From Botryllus schlosseri (taxonomy: Eukaryota), in contig CM119376.1 in NCBI GenBank assembly GCA_051294905.1, positions 14,136,001-14,200,000 on the forward strand: a stretch of 64,000 nucleotides of DNA. The letters run 5' to 3'. Position numbers and translations under genes: made by a program. Every line of letters begins with the position of its first letter. The stretch's first letter is position 1. Below are positions 12,401 through 23,860 of this stretch, in pieces. The notes below the pieces were generated by a model, which was not told the origin of the DNA, did no database searches, and worked only from the letters and a program-made list of their open reading frames with translations.

Positions 12401-15400
12401 TTACAAACAACTTATGCGTTTTGAGCATTTCGTACGAGGTGGCCGCCACCTCGGAATGTTCAATGAGAAGCTTAAGAGTTCATTTTTTTGGTGATTATGC
12501 TGACAAAGTTGTACCTCCTGAACTGCAAATATGCTTGTTGGGCCGTAGAAAGTACTAGTTTCTTACTCAACTGGTGTTGCAGTATAAATAAATGAAGATT
12601 ATAATCAAATAGATTTTTCAAATTGTTGTATCGGTATCGACTCATTATTTCAATTGTGATCATGCTCCAATTGTGACAATTTGCCTGTCATTTCAAGCAT
12701 TTTCAAGGGAATTGTGGTTTGGCCAACCTGGGCTAGTTCTATGTTGATGGGCGAAATGGGCTTTCAGACCTTGTTTCGAGTTTTTAGTCATCCTTCCCGT
12801 AGTAGTAAGTGGTACCGGTAGGCCTATCTTTGTTTCGTTATCATTTGGTGCGATGTGCAGACCGGCGGTATTATGAAAATTTCAGAAGGAGACGAAATCG
12901 AAGTGTACGAAGAGATGGCTTTGTACCATCAGCCGGAAACGAAGAAGAGGCCGGTCGTGCTTATCGCGTTGCCGAATGTCGGCCGACATGAACTGCGTCA
13001 GCGGTTGGTGGAAAACGATCGCGACCGGTTTTCATTTGCCGTGCCACGTAAGTCTTTACTTAGGCTTTGCTTGTCCTGGATGATGTGCAACGTTTTTGTA
13101 AAATCTGCCAAACGAAATGGAGTAAGCCAAGGCACTGGCACATATAATGTCTTTCCTTTGGCGTTAATGCCGTGTCTCTGTTATACGTACTCCCTGTTGC
13201 AATTAAGGCTGAGCGCACCAATTCGATTACTCTAATCCGATTTGAGTATCAATTGTAATGATTCGATTCGATTTTTCTCAATCAGTATAAATATACGCCT
13301 TTTGCATTTAAGAGTTATTTTGTCAACAAAAAAACACTGAACTCCTTCCCGTCGTTGGGAGCATTCAAACCTCGATTGGCGGTATCACACTGTCCAACAC
13401 ACGTAGCCTGTTATCGGAAACGGTGTTTTTGGGTAATGCCGATCTAAGCACAGCATTGTCACAAAGCGCTGTGGAATAGTTTTGGTTAAGAAACACAAAA
13501 ATATTTTTGATGTGACGTAAGGTTGGTGTTATTTTCTTTGTGGTAGCGAAACGGTAGCCTGCGCATTTAGACTTACGAAGTCGTCTATTCCGCCTTGATG
13601 TCACGCTAGGTGATGCTCAAATGCTCGAGAGCGGAATCGAATCATCCAGTGCTCAATATTCTCCAGCCCTTAATTGCGATGCCATTTTTTGCGATTTTTA
13701 CATTTTCCGTCAGCACGCACAAATAACGTAATTCAATTCAGACACAACGCGGGCAAGACACGCCAACGAGGTCGAAGGCGAAGATTATCACTACGTCCCG
13801 GTCCACGAATTCGAAGAGATGATCACCAACGACGAGTTTCTCGAGCACGGGTCTTTCGAAAAGAATCTCTACGGCACCACGATACAGGCGGTCCAAACGG
13901 TCATCGACTCTGGGAAGATCTGCATTCTCAATCTCCACGCCGAGGTGCGTTGTGATCATATACAAAATCTACTGCCCATCATCAGAATTACAGGCTGATC
14001 ATTTGAGGACATGCCCAAATTTCAACGTTGTCTGTTACCCAGGGTTGCCACACCCTCCTCATTTAATTGATTTTGTCCTGTTGCTGAAGTGTGATGTGTC
14101 GTAGAACACCACCATCTTTCATAAGCACTGATATTTATTTGTTTCCTGGCTGGTACTCAAGACCCGTTTATAGACACTCATATGTTAACACAGGAATTGA
14201 GGGGATGATAAAAAGATATTAATGATTCAGGGCTACCAACAAAGAAAAGTTTCTTGCGCGTTGCCTTTTGTATCATTAAAATATCTAAACTTCCCTTCTT
14301 TGGAGATATCACGGATTGGCTATGGAAATGCTCTGGTTTTCAGGATAAATCAGAAGTATATCTAAGCTACGCAAGATCCAAAACATAAGATCTAGTGTAC
14401 ATGCACAACTCAACTTATCAATAAAGCATTGCTGTATGCCGAGCTTTATAAATTATTATATTATTGGTATGCTCGTCATATCATATGACCGCATATTATG
14501 GTGTATTGATTTAATAACGTATTCTTATAATAGCAACAAGCATTTTCACAGTGGAATTTGTCGATTTCAGTCTGGTTTAGTCTTGCCATTACCATTTCAT
14601 TGTAAGTTACGTACATCCTGTAGTGTGTGCCAAGCATGCGTGAAATTGAATCAATTATCCTGGCACCCTTCACCATCACTTCCAGGGTGAGAATAATCTC
14701 ATAATAACCCGTTCCAGAACTATTGGATAGAGAGTTGCTGGAATACAACACATTATGAAGTGGAACTGGTGATTCTATCACTTGTTATTATCTATCCATT
14801 TCCCAAGTAGAGACTGCCATTTGCTAACATTCTTTAGCTGGTAACACACTTACCCGAATACGCTGCAAGCAAACCGTTTGATTTTGAAAGAACTGTCGTC
14901 GCATTGCTCTTTATTTTACAGTCTTTCATAGTGGGCTCATGCTTGAGAAATTAGATTACTTGATGCGTCAGCACCGAATAATCAGCGCCAACCTTGGACA
15001 TCAATATCGCTCTGGCATCACTTTACTTATAAGAAAGAGTCGTAGTGCCAGCCGACAATATTCGGGTTCATTTCCATATGAATATACTATTTGATTGTGT
15101 ATTGAAGTTCTGTACCTCCAAGAAGCTCTTCATGTCATTCTATGCATCCTTAATTCCTTTGGCATTTCATCAGGGTTGTAACCAAGTCAGAAGGCTCCGA
15201 GTCACAAGTCAATCTCACTTTTATAGTAAGTCGAGTCGTTTTCCATTCACCACCGAGTCCAAGTCATCGATCAGAGGTTCGAGTCCGAGTCATGGTTTTA
15301 TGACTCGAGTCCGAGTCATTGTAGTGACTGCTCAGTTTCCAGTTAAAGTCTTGTTAACCCACTTTTTATAACTCTGTTATGTGTGATATCGAATGGTTCG

Positions 15401-16208
15401 CATTCAACATATACTAATTTTCCTCACTTTTAGCAGTTTCTTGTCGCATTTCAAACACAAGTACTAATAGACGAAATCCCAATAGTCTTTATACTATTCT
15501 TCGAAATTCAAATGAAATGTAGGTTCAAGTCGAGTCCAAGTCGAGTCAATAGACAGATTGACTCGAGTCGAGTCATTTCTGAATTTTGCGAAAATGACTC
15601 GAGTCATTACAACTCTGCATTTCATGCGCAGAGCGCCGCATCTACTAATAAGATGAATTTCAGATTCAAATCCGGAGTTCATTCATTCCAAAACCTGATT
15701 GTTTTGTGGTAAAGACTGAAATTTTATGCGCAAATTGGCAAAATCATAAATCTGAATCTGGCACACAATCTCCAAATCCAGATTTCCCAAACCTCGACAC
15801 ATGTCCATCTCTGTTAGAAAATATATTGGCGATGCAAATTTTTGAAGCTCTCTCAGCATGTCGCCCCCGAAGCACATCCACTTCACATTGGCATTTACTC
15901 GAGGTTTCAACTCTTTTCAGTCGCTGAGGCGCTTGAAAAGCACGTCGCTGAAACCGTACATCATCTTTATCGCACCGCCTCCGCTGGAAAGGCTACGCCA
16001 AAATGTCTCGAAAGAAGGCAAGCAGATGAAGGAGGAGGAACTGCGTAAGATCATCGAGAGCGCTCGCATTGTCGAGTCCAAGTACGCCCACCACTTCGAC
16101 GAGATCATACGCAACACGGACCTCAGCCGATCGTACGCCGAGCTGCTGCGGCTCATCAACAAACTGGATACTGAACCGCAGTGGGTGCCTGCTGCATGGC
16201 TGGATTGA
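3136..16208 (+). CDS. PALS1: PALS1/MPP5 (stardust-like) MAGUK, 5'-partial (upstream L27 exons not identified in the window)
   Basis: join(<3136..3432,3635..3778,5579..5781,6330..6469,12886..13047,13742..13944,15921..16208) = 1437 nt. All introns GT-AG, phases consistent. PDZ PLGATVR...[23 protein letters not shown]3 [16 protein letters not shown]...WWQAYREGD and C-terminus [17 protein letters not shown] closely match vertebrate MPP5. Confidence 0.92.
3635..3778 (+). CDS. PALS1: PALS1 exon: PDZ C-terminal half
   Basis: tttcag|ACC...GTC|gtaagt; [10 protein letters not shown]...GTLKFLIIP. Confidence 0.88.
4005..4452. mobile_element. hAT-type MITE, family TAGGGCTG / GAGTAC-TACTCG
   Basis: Termini tagggctc...catcgcta; degenerate 8-bp TSD tttattgg/cttattag. 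Right end (aatcgaatcacccaggtactcgatattgccc) is shared with 13204-13672 and, inverted, with 35020. Confidence 0.55.
4826..5250 (+). mobile_element. AGTA-rich MITE remnant (CAGAGGTGGTCAAAGTAG family)
   Basis: Start ccggaggttgtcaaagtag resembles 21709 and 35966; dense AGTA/TACT motifs; right end unclear. Confidence 0.4.
5280..5546. mobile_element. Charlie/Buster-like hAT MITE
   Basis: TIRs cagtggttgtcaacc / ggttgagaacctctg; TSD ctttaaaa/ctctaaaa. Confidence 0.75.
5579..5781 (+). CDS. PALS1: PALS1 exon: SH3 domain
   Basis: tttcag|ACG...CA|gtacgt; [10 protein letters not shown]...GMIP. Confidence 0.9.
6330..6469 (+). CDS. PALS1: PALS1 exon: Lys-rich HOOK region
   Basis: ctgcag|G...G|gtaagc; LEAIR...[18 protein letters not shown]; phases 2 in, 1 out fit the neighbours. 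Confidence 0.85.
8953..9506 (+). mobile_element. hAT MITE, GACTCGAGTC family (copy 1)
   Basis: TIRs caggattgtaa / ttacaacccta; perfect TSD CCAATACC (8945-8952, 9507-9514). Confidence 0.88.
10189..10915. mobile_element. 727-bp near-perfect palindromic (foldback) MITE
   Basis: Arms of ~359 bp with about 17 mismatches by manual count and a 9-nt loop (10548-10556). Termini aagcccatttacatg / catgtaaatgggctt. TSD is ambiguous: AAT, or TA if the ends are trimmed by one base. Confidence 0.9.
12886..13047 (+). CDS. PALS1: PALS1 exon: start of guanylate kinase-like domain
   Basis: tttcag|AA...C|gtaagt; [21 protein letters not shown]...ELRQRL...DRFSFAVP. Confidence 0.88.
13204..13672. mobile_element. 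hAT-type MITE, same family as 4005-4452
   Basis: Termini taaggctgag / ctccagccctta; degenerate TSD gttgcaat/attgcgat. Confidence 0.65.
13742..13944 (+). CDS. PALS1: PALS1 exon: GuK core
   Basis: attcag|AC...GAG|gtgcgt; [19 protein letters not shown]...[12 protein letters not shown]...SGKICILNL. Confidence 0.9.
15171..15617 (-). mobile_element. hAT MITE, GACTCGAGTC family (copy 2, inverted)
   Basis: TIRs cagggttgtaa / ttacaactctg; perfect TSD CATTTCAT (15163-15170, 15618-15625). Confidence 0.88.
15921..16208 (+). CDS. PALS1: PALS1 last coding exon
   Basis: tttcag|TCG...TGA; [11 protein letters not shown]...[22 protein letters not shown]. Confidence 0.92.
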   Translation, partial: SLRRLKSTSLKPYIIFIAPPPLERLRQNVSKEGKQMKEEELRKIIESARIVESKYAHHFDEIIRNTDLSRSYAELLRLINKLDTEPQWVPAAWLD

Positions 16209-17906
16209 ATTCTCAAATTCGTGCAAACTTTGCGACCTTCAAAGCAAAACTCGGCTTTCGAATGCGAATCTACTTACAACTGCCTTAATCTATTTTGTTG
16301 CATTGTCGTATGGAGCGTCGTTGGTCGGTTGACTTTTTGTATGGAAATTTTCAGGTAAGCGCCTGTCGGCGTTCTTTGTGCGTTCGGCCAATGTCGTCCC
16401 GTTGCCGATATTTGATGCTTGGTCATTGTGACTCCTATTTTAGCGGTTGCGTTTGTCACATTTTTATGAGATGAATTTGTTGCAATGTGATGAAATGTGC
16501 TAGGAACGTGTTCGCGGGTCGCGTACCGAGCCTCCTTTTTTATGAAACTGGTTGAATATGTCCAGCGTGGCGCTAATCCGTGTTTACACCTACTACTTTA
16601 TGAACTTTACTATCATCTTACGCCATCCATGTGTTGATTACTCTGTATTTTGCGTTGTCGGTGGAAGTTTGTCATGCTACTGTTACAGTTTCAACATCAG
16701 CTTTTTCAGACTTAGTTCTGCGTATTCACTTGAGGCTGACTCGAGCCGGTGTGGAAATAGGCCTTCAACTAGATTCAATCCCTGATTTTGTGTATACTCA
16801 GCATTTGCCACCGAATAGTTATGATTCTATCTGACTTGCTTTGGCTTGTGATGGCAGCCATTTCAGTATGACTTTCCTTAATATCTTGACTAATGGAAGT
16901 GGTTGCGATAATGCACCCGCGTGTGACCGTGTTTATGTCACACCAGTAACCCCATCTGATTGAAAACTAGGTCATTGGCTTCATTCTTGTGTTGCTCACA
17001 TTCCCTTGTATGTAACAATCTTTTTGATACTAGGTTGTTGTCGGGAAAAGCGGCAATGTTCTTGCCGTTCAAATGTGCTTGAGCAGGTATTTATTAGCCA
17101 CTAGGTGCCATAAGACAGGCTTGTTAAGGCTGTTAATGCGTCGCTCATTTTGAGTATCAGTTGCTGTAGTACGCGGGTCATTGTAATACATGAAATGTTC
17201 TTCAAATATTGATCGGTGAACACAGAACAGGGTTACTCTGGTGTGTCGATGCTGCAATATGCAGCATCCCTGTGCACAGCGCTATACAGCGAGCTTCGGC
17301 CGTGGTTCACTATTCTTTAATCCTTTTCTGACGAATTTCAACGTTTCTCATCCCGTTTGACTGGCGATCAAATAGTCATTGTATATTTGTGTTAATTGCA
17401 GTAAAAGTATATTTATGCATTGTTTTAACGGTACCGAAACTTTGGGGCGTTACAGTCTTACAATTTCCGTGTCGCAAGCAACGGTAGGTTATACTGTTAT
17501 TTCATTCTCTAGTGTACTAGCAATTTCTCAGATCACCAACTTTTGTACAAATGTTATATATAACCTATTATCTTACATCCCTTTGAAACTATTATATCCG
17601 ACAATGCTATTAATAAATCTTGATTGTTTATGATACACATGCGTCGAATTCTCTGCAGAAAGAATATTTCTTTATAATTGTGTTATTGGTTATGTGTTTA
17701 CTTGCATTGTTGCTGACAGGAGTACATACCAGAAATGGTGTCTCGCGTGGCTACTGGTTATAAAGCCTTGAAGGACACTATTCCTGAAAAGGTCGAGTTT
17801 CAATATCCGTTCAGGTGCAGTGGAGTTTTTAGCTGACTTCCGGAGTGGTACCGTCCGCCCCCATTTAGCCATGGTGATAATACGCTCACAAGCTGGATGA
17901 TAACTC

Positions 17907-18013
17907 CTTCCTTGTCCAGCGGCATATGCAGTACATAGATCGTGTGCATGTAGATCATGAATCGGTGAATGTGCCGCAAAAACATCAAAGACAAAAATAA
18001 CTACATCCTTTCC
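17907..18013 (+). mobile_element. 3' fragment of the SINE at 23570
   Basis: cttccttgtccagcggcatatgca...gccgcaaaaacatcaaagacaaaaataa...cctttcc aligns with 23720-23860. Confidence 0.7.
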
Positions 18014-19562
18014 TGTTCGAAAACCTGTCCCGCTTTCGGTCTGCTGCACAGATTCGTAGCCTGGTGTCAAGAGAAGGACGGCGTTGAACTTACAAATTAC
18101 ACTGTCCTTACTGTTGATTTATGTCGATTTTTTGCAGGTACTGTCCAACCAGTAATCAGGACTCGGCGACGGTGATCTTATTAGTACGGCAATTTTTTTA
18201 ACCTAAATAACGGAAGATTTTGACCTAAAAAAAATCTAAATTTTAACCTTAAAAATCTTAATTTTGACCAAATTTTACCTAATGTATGCAAATTAGGCGT
18301 TTTCCCGCATAATATTAGAATTGTACTACTTATTTTCATTTATGGTTGGAACTGTCTGGTTGAAACTTTTTTTCTTCAGAAACTGACAAATTTTTACACG
18401 AAAAAACTTTATCTTAACGAAATCTGGTCCTATGAAAAATTCCAGTAGTTATAAATTACGCATTATGGTAGAAATAATTGAAAATTTTTGTAGTACAACG
18501 AAAGATACTTTCCTACATTCTCAGGTAGAAATAAGTGTCTTTCCTTACTATTTAGTATTAGTAGCTTGCCAAAAATGGAGAAAGAACGTTCAACGCAGCA
18601 GTTGTTGGTGACAAACCGTGTTGCTTCATTGTGTCTACATCACAATTTTTATCCTGCGCAGTTCGCATCTTGATATTAGAACCATGCAATGCCCACACAG
18701 TCTTGCTTCAGTTGAGATATTGAGAGAGAGTTACATTCAAAAATAAAATACATGTTGCAGCGATACGATCCTTAGAGACCATGGTAGTCAGCTGCATCAA
18801 TGGAGTATAAAATCGTCTTTAAATAGAGTCTTGCGTCAAGAATAAATTAAAAACAGGTAGAACAGGAACAACAGAAAACAAAAAATAAATAGAAGATGCA
18901 TAACACCATGTCATCCTATTTGTTTCATTTGAATGTTTATGTTTGTTTATGTCTACAGCAGTAGGCCTATAAAGTAAGCTACAAGCTGTCAAATGTCAAG
19001 TTCACCGACAGTGCACAATCTACGATACAAACGAAATGCAGGTTGACCTAACGCTATAATTTTGACATGTCATCAGTTCCCCAAATTTTGCGCGTAGATC
19101 CTGCAGCTGCCCAAAAGTCTCGGGGATAGGCCACAAGGCCTTCACGCCCTTCACGCATAATAGGCCTACCGCAAACTAGTGCTGGAAGCTGCGCAATGCG
19201 CATGGTAATTGGTAACCCTCTGCAATGTTCTGCAATCCTCTGCTATGCTCGTCCTTTACTTCATTCCGTTGGTAATCTTTCATAATTTACAAACTTTCTG
19301 AGGTTGTGATGTGATGCTGTGAACAGGGGGTATGTGATGTGGTCGTAAATGAACATGACTGATAGGCTATTCGACATCGTCATCTGGAATCTAGATATCA
19401 TCTACCTACCAGAAAAATTGTCCTACGTGTCGAAATATCAGTGCATTTATATGTCATAATTCCTGTATGATAATGCCTTGTGCAAACATAATCACCTCGA
19501 GTCCGACAAATTAGCCGAGGCCTAGAGATTACGTAAGTTTGTCAGTACTCTGTCGACTTTTC

Positions 19563-20966
19563 ATGATGGATAGGTCTATGCAAAATCTTAGAAAGCGGCT
19601 GCAGTCGATCAAAGTTAGAGATGCAGTGTTATGTTTAGGACTGCTGTGGTTGTTACGAACAATTTACGGTCGCACCTACACGGAAAAGAAGCACAAGTTC
19701 GAGGAACTCGGCGAAGACAACGTGGAAAATCAGTGGGATAATATCGAGACTGTTCTCGTAGCATCAAGACATCATCGAGTTCCGTTACTTTTGTTTGACA
19801 TCGACATACTGCCAGAAATCTTCGTCGAGAGAGAATCGAGTTGGAACGATAAACTACATAGGTGCAAGGTGGTATGTAAACATCATCCAGAGGAGAAGAA
19901 TGTCATTACATTCGCAGCGCTGGCCTGGAAATTTCAAAAATCAAAAGATGAATTTATGGACGCACTGACTGACTTGGGTTTTGTGGTATCCCTGTCGGAA
20001 GTGGTAGACCCAAGGATTCCGAAGGACGGTAGCGAATTGGCAATGACACCATCGTATCTGTGGATGGCTAGAAACGACCACATCATTCACATTACGTTCT
20101 TGCACGAACGAGGGGAAGAAATCAAATATCTTTGGGTTGCACCGGTTTCGGATAGAGAATGGAAACGCACCGTGCGGACTTTGGCACCGATGCTGAGCGA
20201 TGGTTGGCATTCGCTAGATGCTGTGGGCGCAAAGTTTCCCAGATACGCCCAGGCTTACGATTTGTCCCATCGCTTTACAGGCCTGCCTGTTCATTTGGAC
20301 GGCCATCGTATTTCAGTACCGTATCACATCAAATCGTTTTTGAACGAATATAGACACTCGCGCTTCATTGAATGTGGACGCCCTGGCGCGCTGGAAAGAC
20401 GAAGCGATACCATCGTACAGCAGAAAAGCGACCTTCACCGATCCCGTTTAGCCATAACGATGTTAACTGGAATTAAAAAGGCATTCGAAATGGCGAGAAA
20501 GCCGTTCTGGATCACTGGCGGAACCTTGCTCGGATGGTATCGTCAATGCGCACTCATAAGTCACGATTCCGAGTTGGATATCGCCATGTGGACCAGGGAC
20601 TTGGATGAAAAGGTCATTAGCGACATGGAATATAGAAATTTTACGGCCAAATTTGACATGAACGCTGCACGCGCGGGGGGAGACGCGTATTTTCTCAACA
20701 AGAAAGGAAACCGAGTGAATTTGCTGTTGTTCGACCAGGAGGGCGACATAACTCGTAACATCAGAACTCGGACTGAAGACGGGCAAAAATTTCTCTTGAC
20801 TTACCCGACCTTTCAACTTTGCTGGAGTGAACTCGTGGGGATGAAGCTGCGAGTACCGTGCGACTCTTTGGAGTATCTTGAGAGTTATTTTGGAGATGGG
20901 TGGCGTACGCCAAACTTGGAATGGGTCTGGCACATCAATGCCGCTAATGCAGCCGAAATACGATAG
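19563..20966 (+). CDS. FKTN: Fukutin-like protein (type II membrane, LicD/nucleotidyltransferase fold), single coding exon, 467 aa
   Basis: N-terminal signal-anchor (DAVLCLGLLWLL). Fukutin-like motifs VPLLLFD, DPR, FLHER..YLW, HSRFIEC, PFWITGGTLLGWYRQC, FQLCWSELVGMKLRVPCDSLEYLE.YFG.GW.TP..EWVW. AATAAA at 21192-21197. Strict orthology to FKTN is unproven. Confidence 0.88.
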   Translation: MMDRSMQNLRKRLQSIKVRDAVLCLGLLWLLRTIYGRTYTEKKHKFEELGEDNVENQWDNIETVLVASRHHRVPLLLFDIDILPEIFVERESSWNDKLHRCKVVCKHHPEEKNVITFAALAWKFQKSKDEFMDALTDLGFVVSLSEVVDPRIPKDGSELAMTPSYLWMARNDHIIHITFLHERGEEIKYLWVAPVSDREWKRTVRTLAPMLSDGWHSLDAVGAKFPRYAQAYDLSHRFTGLPVHLDGHRISVPYHIKSFLNEYRHSRFIECGRPGALERRSDTIVQQKSDLHRSRLAITMLTGIKKAFEMARKPFWITGGTLLGWYRQCALISHDSELDIAMWTRDLDEKVISDMEYRNFTAKFDMNAARAGGDAYFLNKKGNRVNLLLFDQEGDITRNIRTRTEDGQKFLLTYPTFQLCWSELVGMKLRVPCDSLEYLESYFGDGWRTPNLEWVWHINAANAAEIR

Positions 20967-21708
20967 CTGGCATGTTCGTTAGGAAATCTGTAAACCAGTG
21001 ATGTTCCGCTGTACTACTTTTCAAGGCTCAGACGAATTTCGTCACGAAGCAGATTTTGCGTCGTTTTTAGCAGTGCCGTGGTAGGCCTATAACAGCACTG
21101 CCCGTGATGATGTTTTCAATGTGTGAACCAGATTTTTTTCCTATTCTGTTTGCGTTGCGTACAATTAAGTTACGTTAAACACGTTGTGAACAATAAACCA
21201 TTTGTCAACTGTGTAAGTGCGGCGTGGGAAAATATTTTAACGAACGCATTTCGTCCGTCGTCATGTTCATGACTCCCTAATAACACTCCCACATCTTTCA
21301 TCTCGTATGGTTTTATCGGGATTACAAGAAAAATTCTTGAAACCATCGATAGCAACTGATAATAACTCTGAGCTGGTAATGGACTCATCCAGGTCGCGAC
21401 TATAAGGGTGGTTAACTGGATGTAGGCCTGGATCTCTGGTATCTGTGGATGGACAGTGGACTCCTGAATCATGAAGCAGGGATGGGTAAAGGCAACAGCA
21501 CGAAGGTCGAATTCAACCCCCGAAGTCCGGGATTAAGCCGTCCACTTGATTATATCAGTGATTCTCAACCGGTGTGCCGATCGGACTGTTCAGTGCTCAG
21601 GTGTGCCGCGAGAAAATGAGGTAAAGACGGTCGACGTGTACCAAAAATTAAGGAATCCAAATTACGAGTGTGACATAATCGGGGGCTATGTTTTTACCCA
21701 CTCATTAC

Positions 21709-22947
21709 CAGAGGTGGTCAAAGTAGTCAAGAAAGCTACTAAAGTAGAATTAAAAATAGCGACGAAAAAAATTTACTCAAGTTCGAGCAGAAGTACTTCT
21801 TTCATAAGCAACCTAAGACTACTAGAAGTAGAATTTACTGACTTTAAATCTACTCAAGTAAGTAAGTAGGCCTAGTTGTGAAAACGATCGCAAGTTGTTC
21901 GCAATTGTCAAAAGCTGCGCTATGCGGAAGGTGTAGAGAGCTTGATTCGTATTTATGCATCCCAGGAGGCGTCAATTTTTGACAGAATAAGCAGTCGTCC
22001 ACATGGAAATGCGATACTAATCCTTTGTTTTCTCGAACACCCGGTTTTAAAGAATATCATGGCATGGCGCCCTCCCATATATTATACGACCCTTGGTTCA
22101 GTCGAAGAGCAATACGGAGAAATTGTGTCGGATACTTTAACACTTTGCGCGAATAGTATACGTTAATTAAAAAAAAGTGCAGATCGTAAAATGCCATGTA
22201 ATAGTGTATAGCTTTATTTTCGGAAAATATAAGGCATAACTGCACTTGCTTTTATACTTCATCATGCATGTTCTCCAGACAAAAGAACTGATACTATATT
22301 TAGAACTAAACGTTCGTGATTGAAAGAAATATACACAAGCGGGAAATATATTTCATGTCTTTTGTCCAGAAAGTTTCAACGGTGGTCTGCTAAAACAGGT
22401 CGAACAATAAAAAAAGTCAAAGTCCACTTTTCCAGATTAGGACACGTCATGGGCTGCAAGGTATAATAGGTGATTGCTAGATTGCGAAACGGTAGTTTCA
22501 AACGTTATGGGGGCCATACCTATTGTGATGAAATATTTTATATATAGGCGACAATGCGGTGTGAACGGAACCACGCAACCCGGTATCTAAATTATATTCA
22601 GCAATACTTTCGTCAAAACATAGGAGACGGACTTTCAGCATTTCCGTGGCCACCAACTGGCCACGGATTTTAACGTGGCCGGCCATGAGATATCTGTGGC
22701 CAGTAAGTGACCACGGAAAAGCTTAAACCCCTACTGAAACATAGTTGTCACTCTATATCTACTGTGCGCGAAGCGCAACGACAATTCTGGGTATTACATG
22801 ACTTTTACGAAAATTATATGTTGGTACTACGTGAAAAAGAAAAAAGAAGTAGCGAAAAAAAGATCTACTTGAGTAAGTACCAGAAGTAGATGAAAACTAC
22901 TTGAGTACTTCGAAAAAGTAGAAGTACTCCGTTACTGACCCCCTCTC
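21709..22947 (+). mobile_element. AGTA-rich hAT-type element
   Basis: Termini cagaggtggtcaaagta / tactgaccccctctc; TSD ctcattac/ctcaatac. Confidence 0.7.
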
Positions 22948-23569
22948 CTCAATACACACAATATATGTATCTTGTACAATGCGATAAAATGAACAGATGG
23001 GAGAATATCGAAACAACCATAGGTAGGCCTACGTCTATGAATTTGGCATCCCCTCACAGGGCCGAAACAGTACTTCGTCAGCCCCCCCCCCAATCGTTGG
23101 CCTTGGCCCCCCATATGATCATTGACAGAACTTCTGGGGGGTTCGCCACCCAGACCCCCTTTCACGTTGTTTTTTTTTACCGGCCACTAACAGTGAATCA
23201 CGTTTTATTGTTAGCGGACACATGACCACACGTAAAAAAATTATCTAATTTTCTCTTTAATATTGGTAATTGCATATATTGCATTGCTAATAATTTGTCA
23301 TCGTTTCCCAGTCGACGCGCTAAGATTTGCTGGTAAAGCTGAGCGAGGTGGTGACTTCAGATAGCAATCGCAGGACTATTCCGCTCCTATATGGTCCATG
23401 CTGCGTCCTACAATATAGTGATATTGTGTGATCGTGGGCGGGCAAAGCTCACAGCAGAGAGTCACTAAAGATTTACAAACGTAAAGATGAATATTCCGAG
23501 CGAACTTTCGGGCAAATATTTTTTTGAAATTGGCATGGTGCATGTTCGTTTAGTGCTGAGTTTCTTTTC

Positions 23570-23860
23570 ATGGTGAAGCGTCCGGCTTCTTGATCGGTAG
23601 GTCGTGGGTTCGATCCCTGGCCGGGTCAGACCAAAGATCTGATTAGTAACACTGGTATCCATGAACTCCCTGCTTGGCGCTCATGCGTTACTGGGATAGC
23701 ATGGAGGGGTGGTGCATGACTTCCTTGTCCGCGGCATATGCACATCATGCACTCATGGTATGCATAGCCTATGCACAGATCGTGTGTATGTGTATAATGA
23801 GTCGGTGTATATGCCGCAAAAAACATCAAGGACAAAAATAAACCACGTCCTTTCCTTTCC
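23570..23860 (+). mobile_element. tRNA-derived SINE
   Basis: B-box GGTTCGATCCC at 23607-23617 with a decayed A-box. Core gggtcagaccaaaga...ctccctgcttggcgctca; (CCTTT)n tail; second partial copy at 17907. Confidence 0.78.

Noticed and set aside
12861-12885. Upstream acceptor gtgcag|ACC extending the GuK exon as in the ORF track
   Set aside because: Phase 0 is incompatible with the phase-1 end of the preceding exon; acceptor 12885 is used instead.
12940-13000. Degenerate P-loop ([16 protein letters not shown]) in the PALS1 GuK domain
   Set aside because: Expected: MAGUK GuK domains, including MPP5, are catalytically inactive.
19185-19205. TGCGCAATGCGCA as an NRF1 site of the fukutin-like promoter
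   Set aside because: It differs from the TGCGCATGCGCA consensus by an insertion, and the transcription start is unknown.
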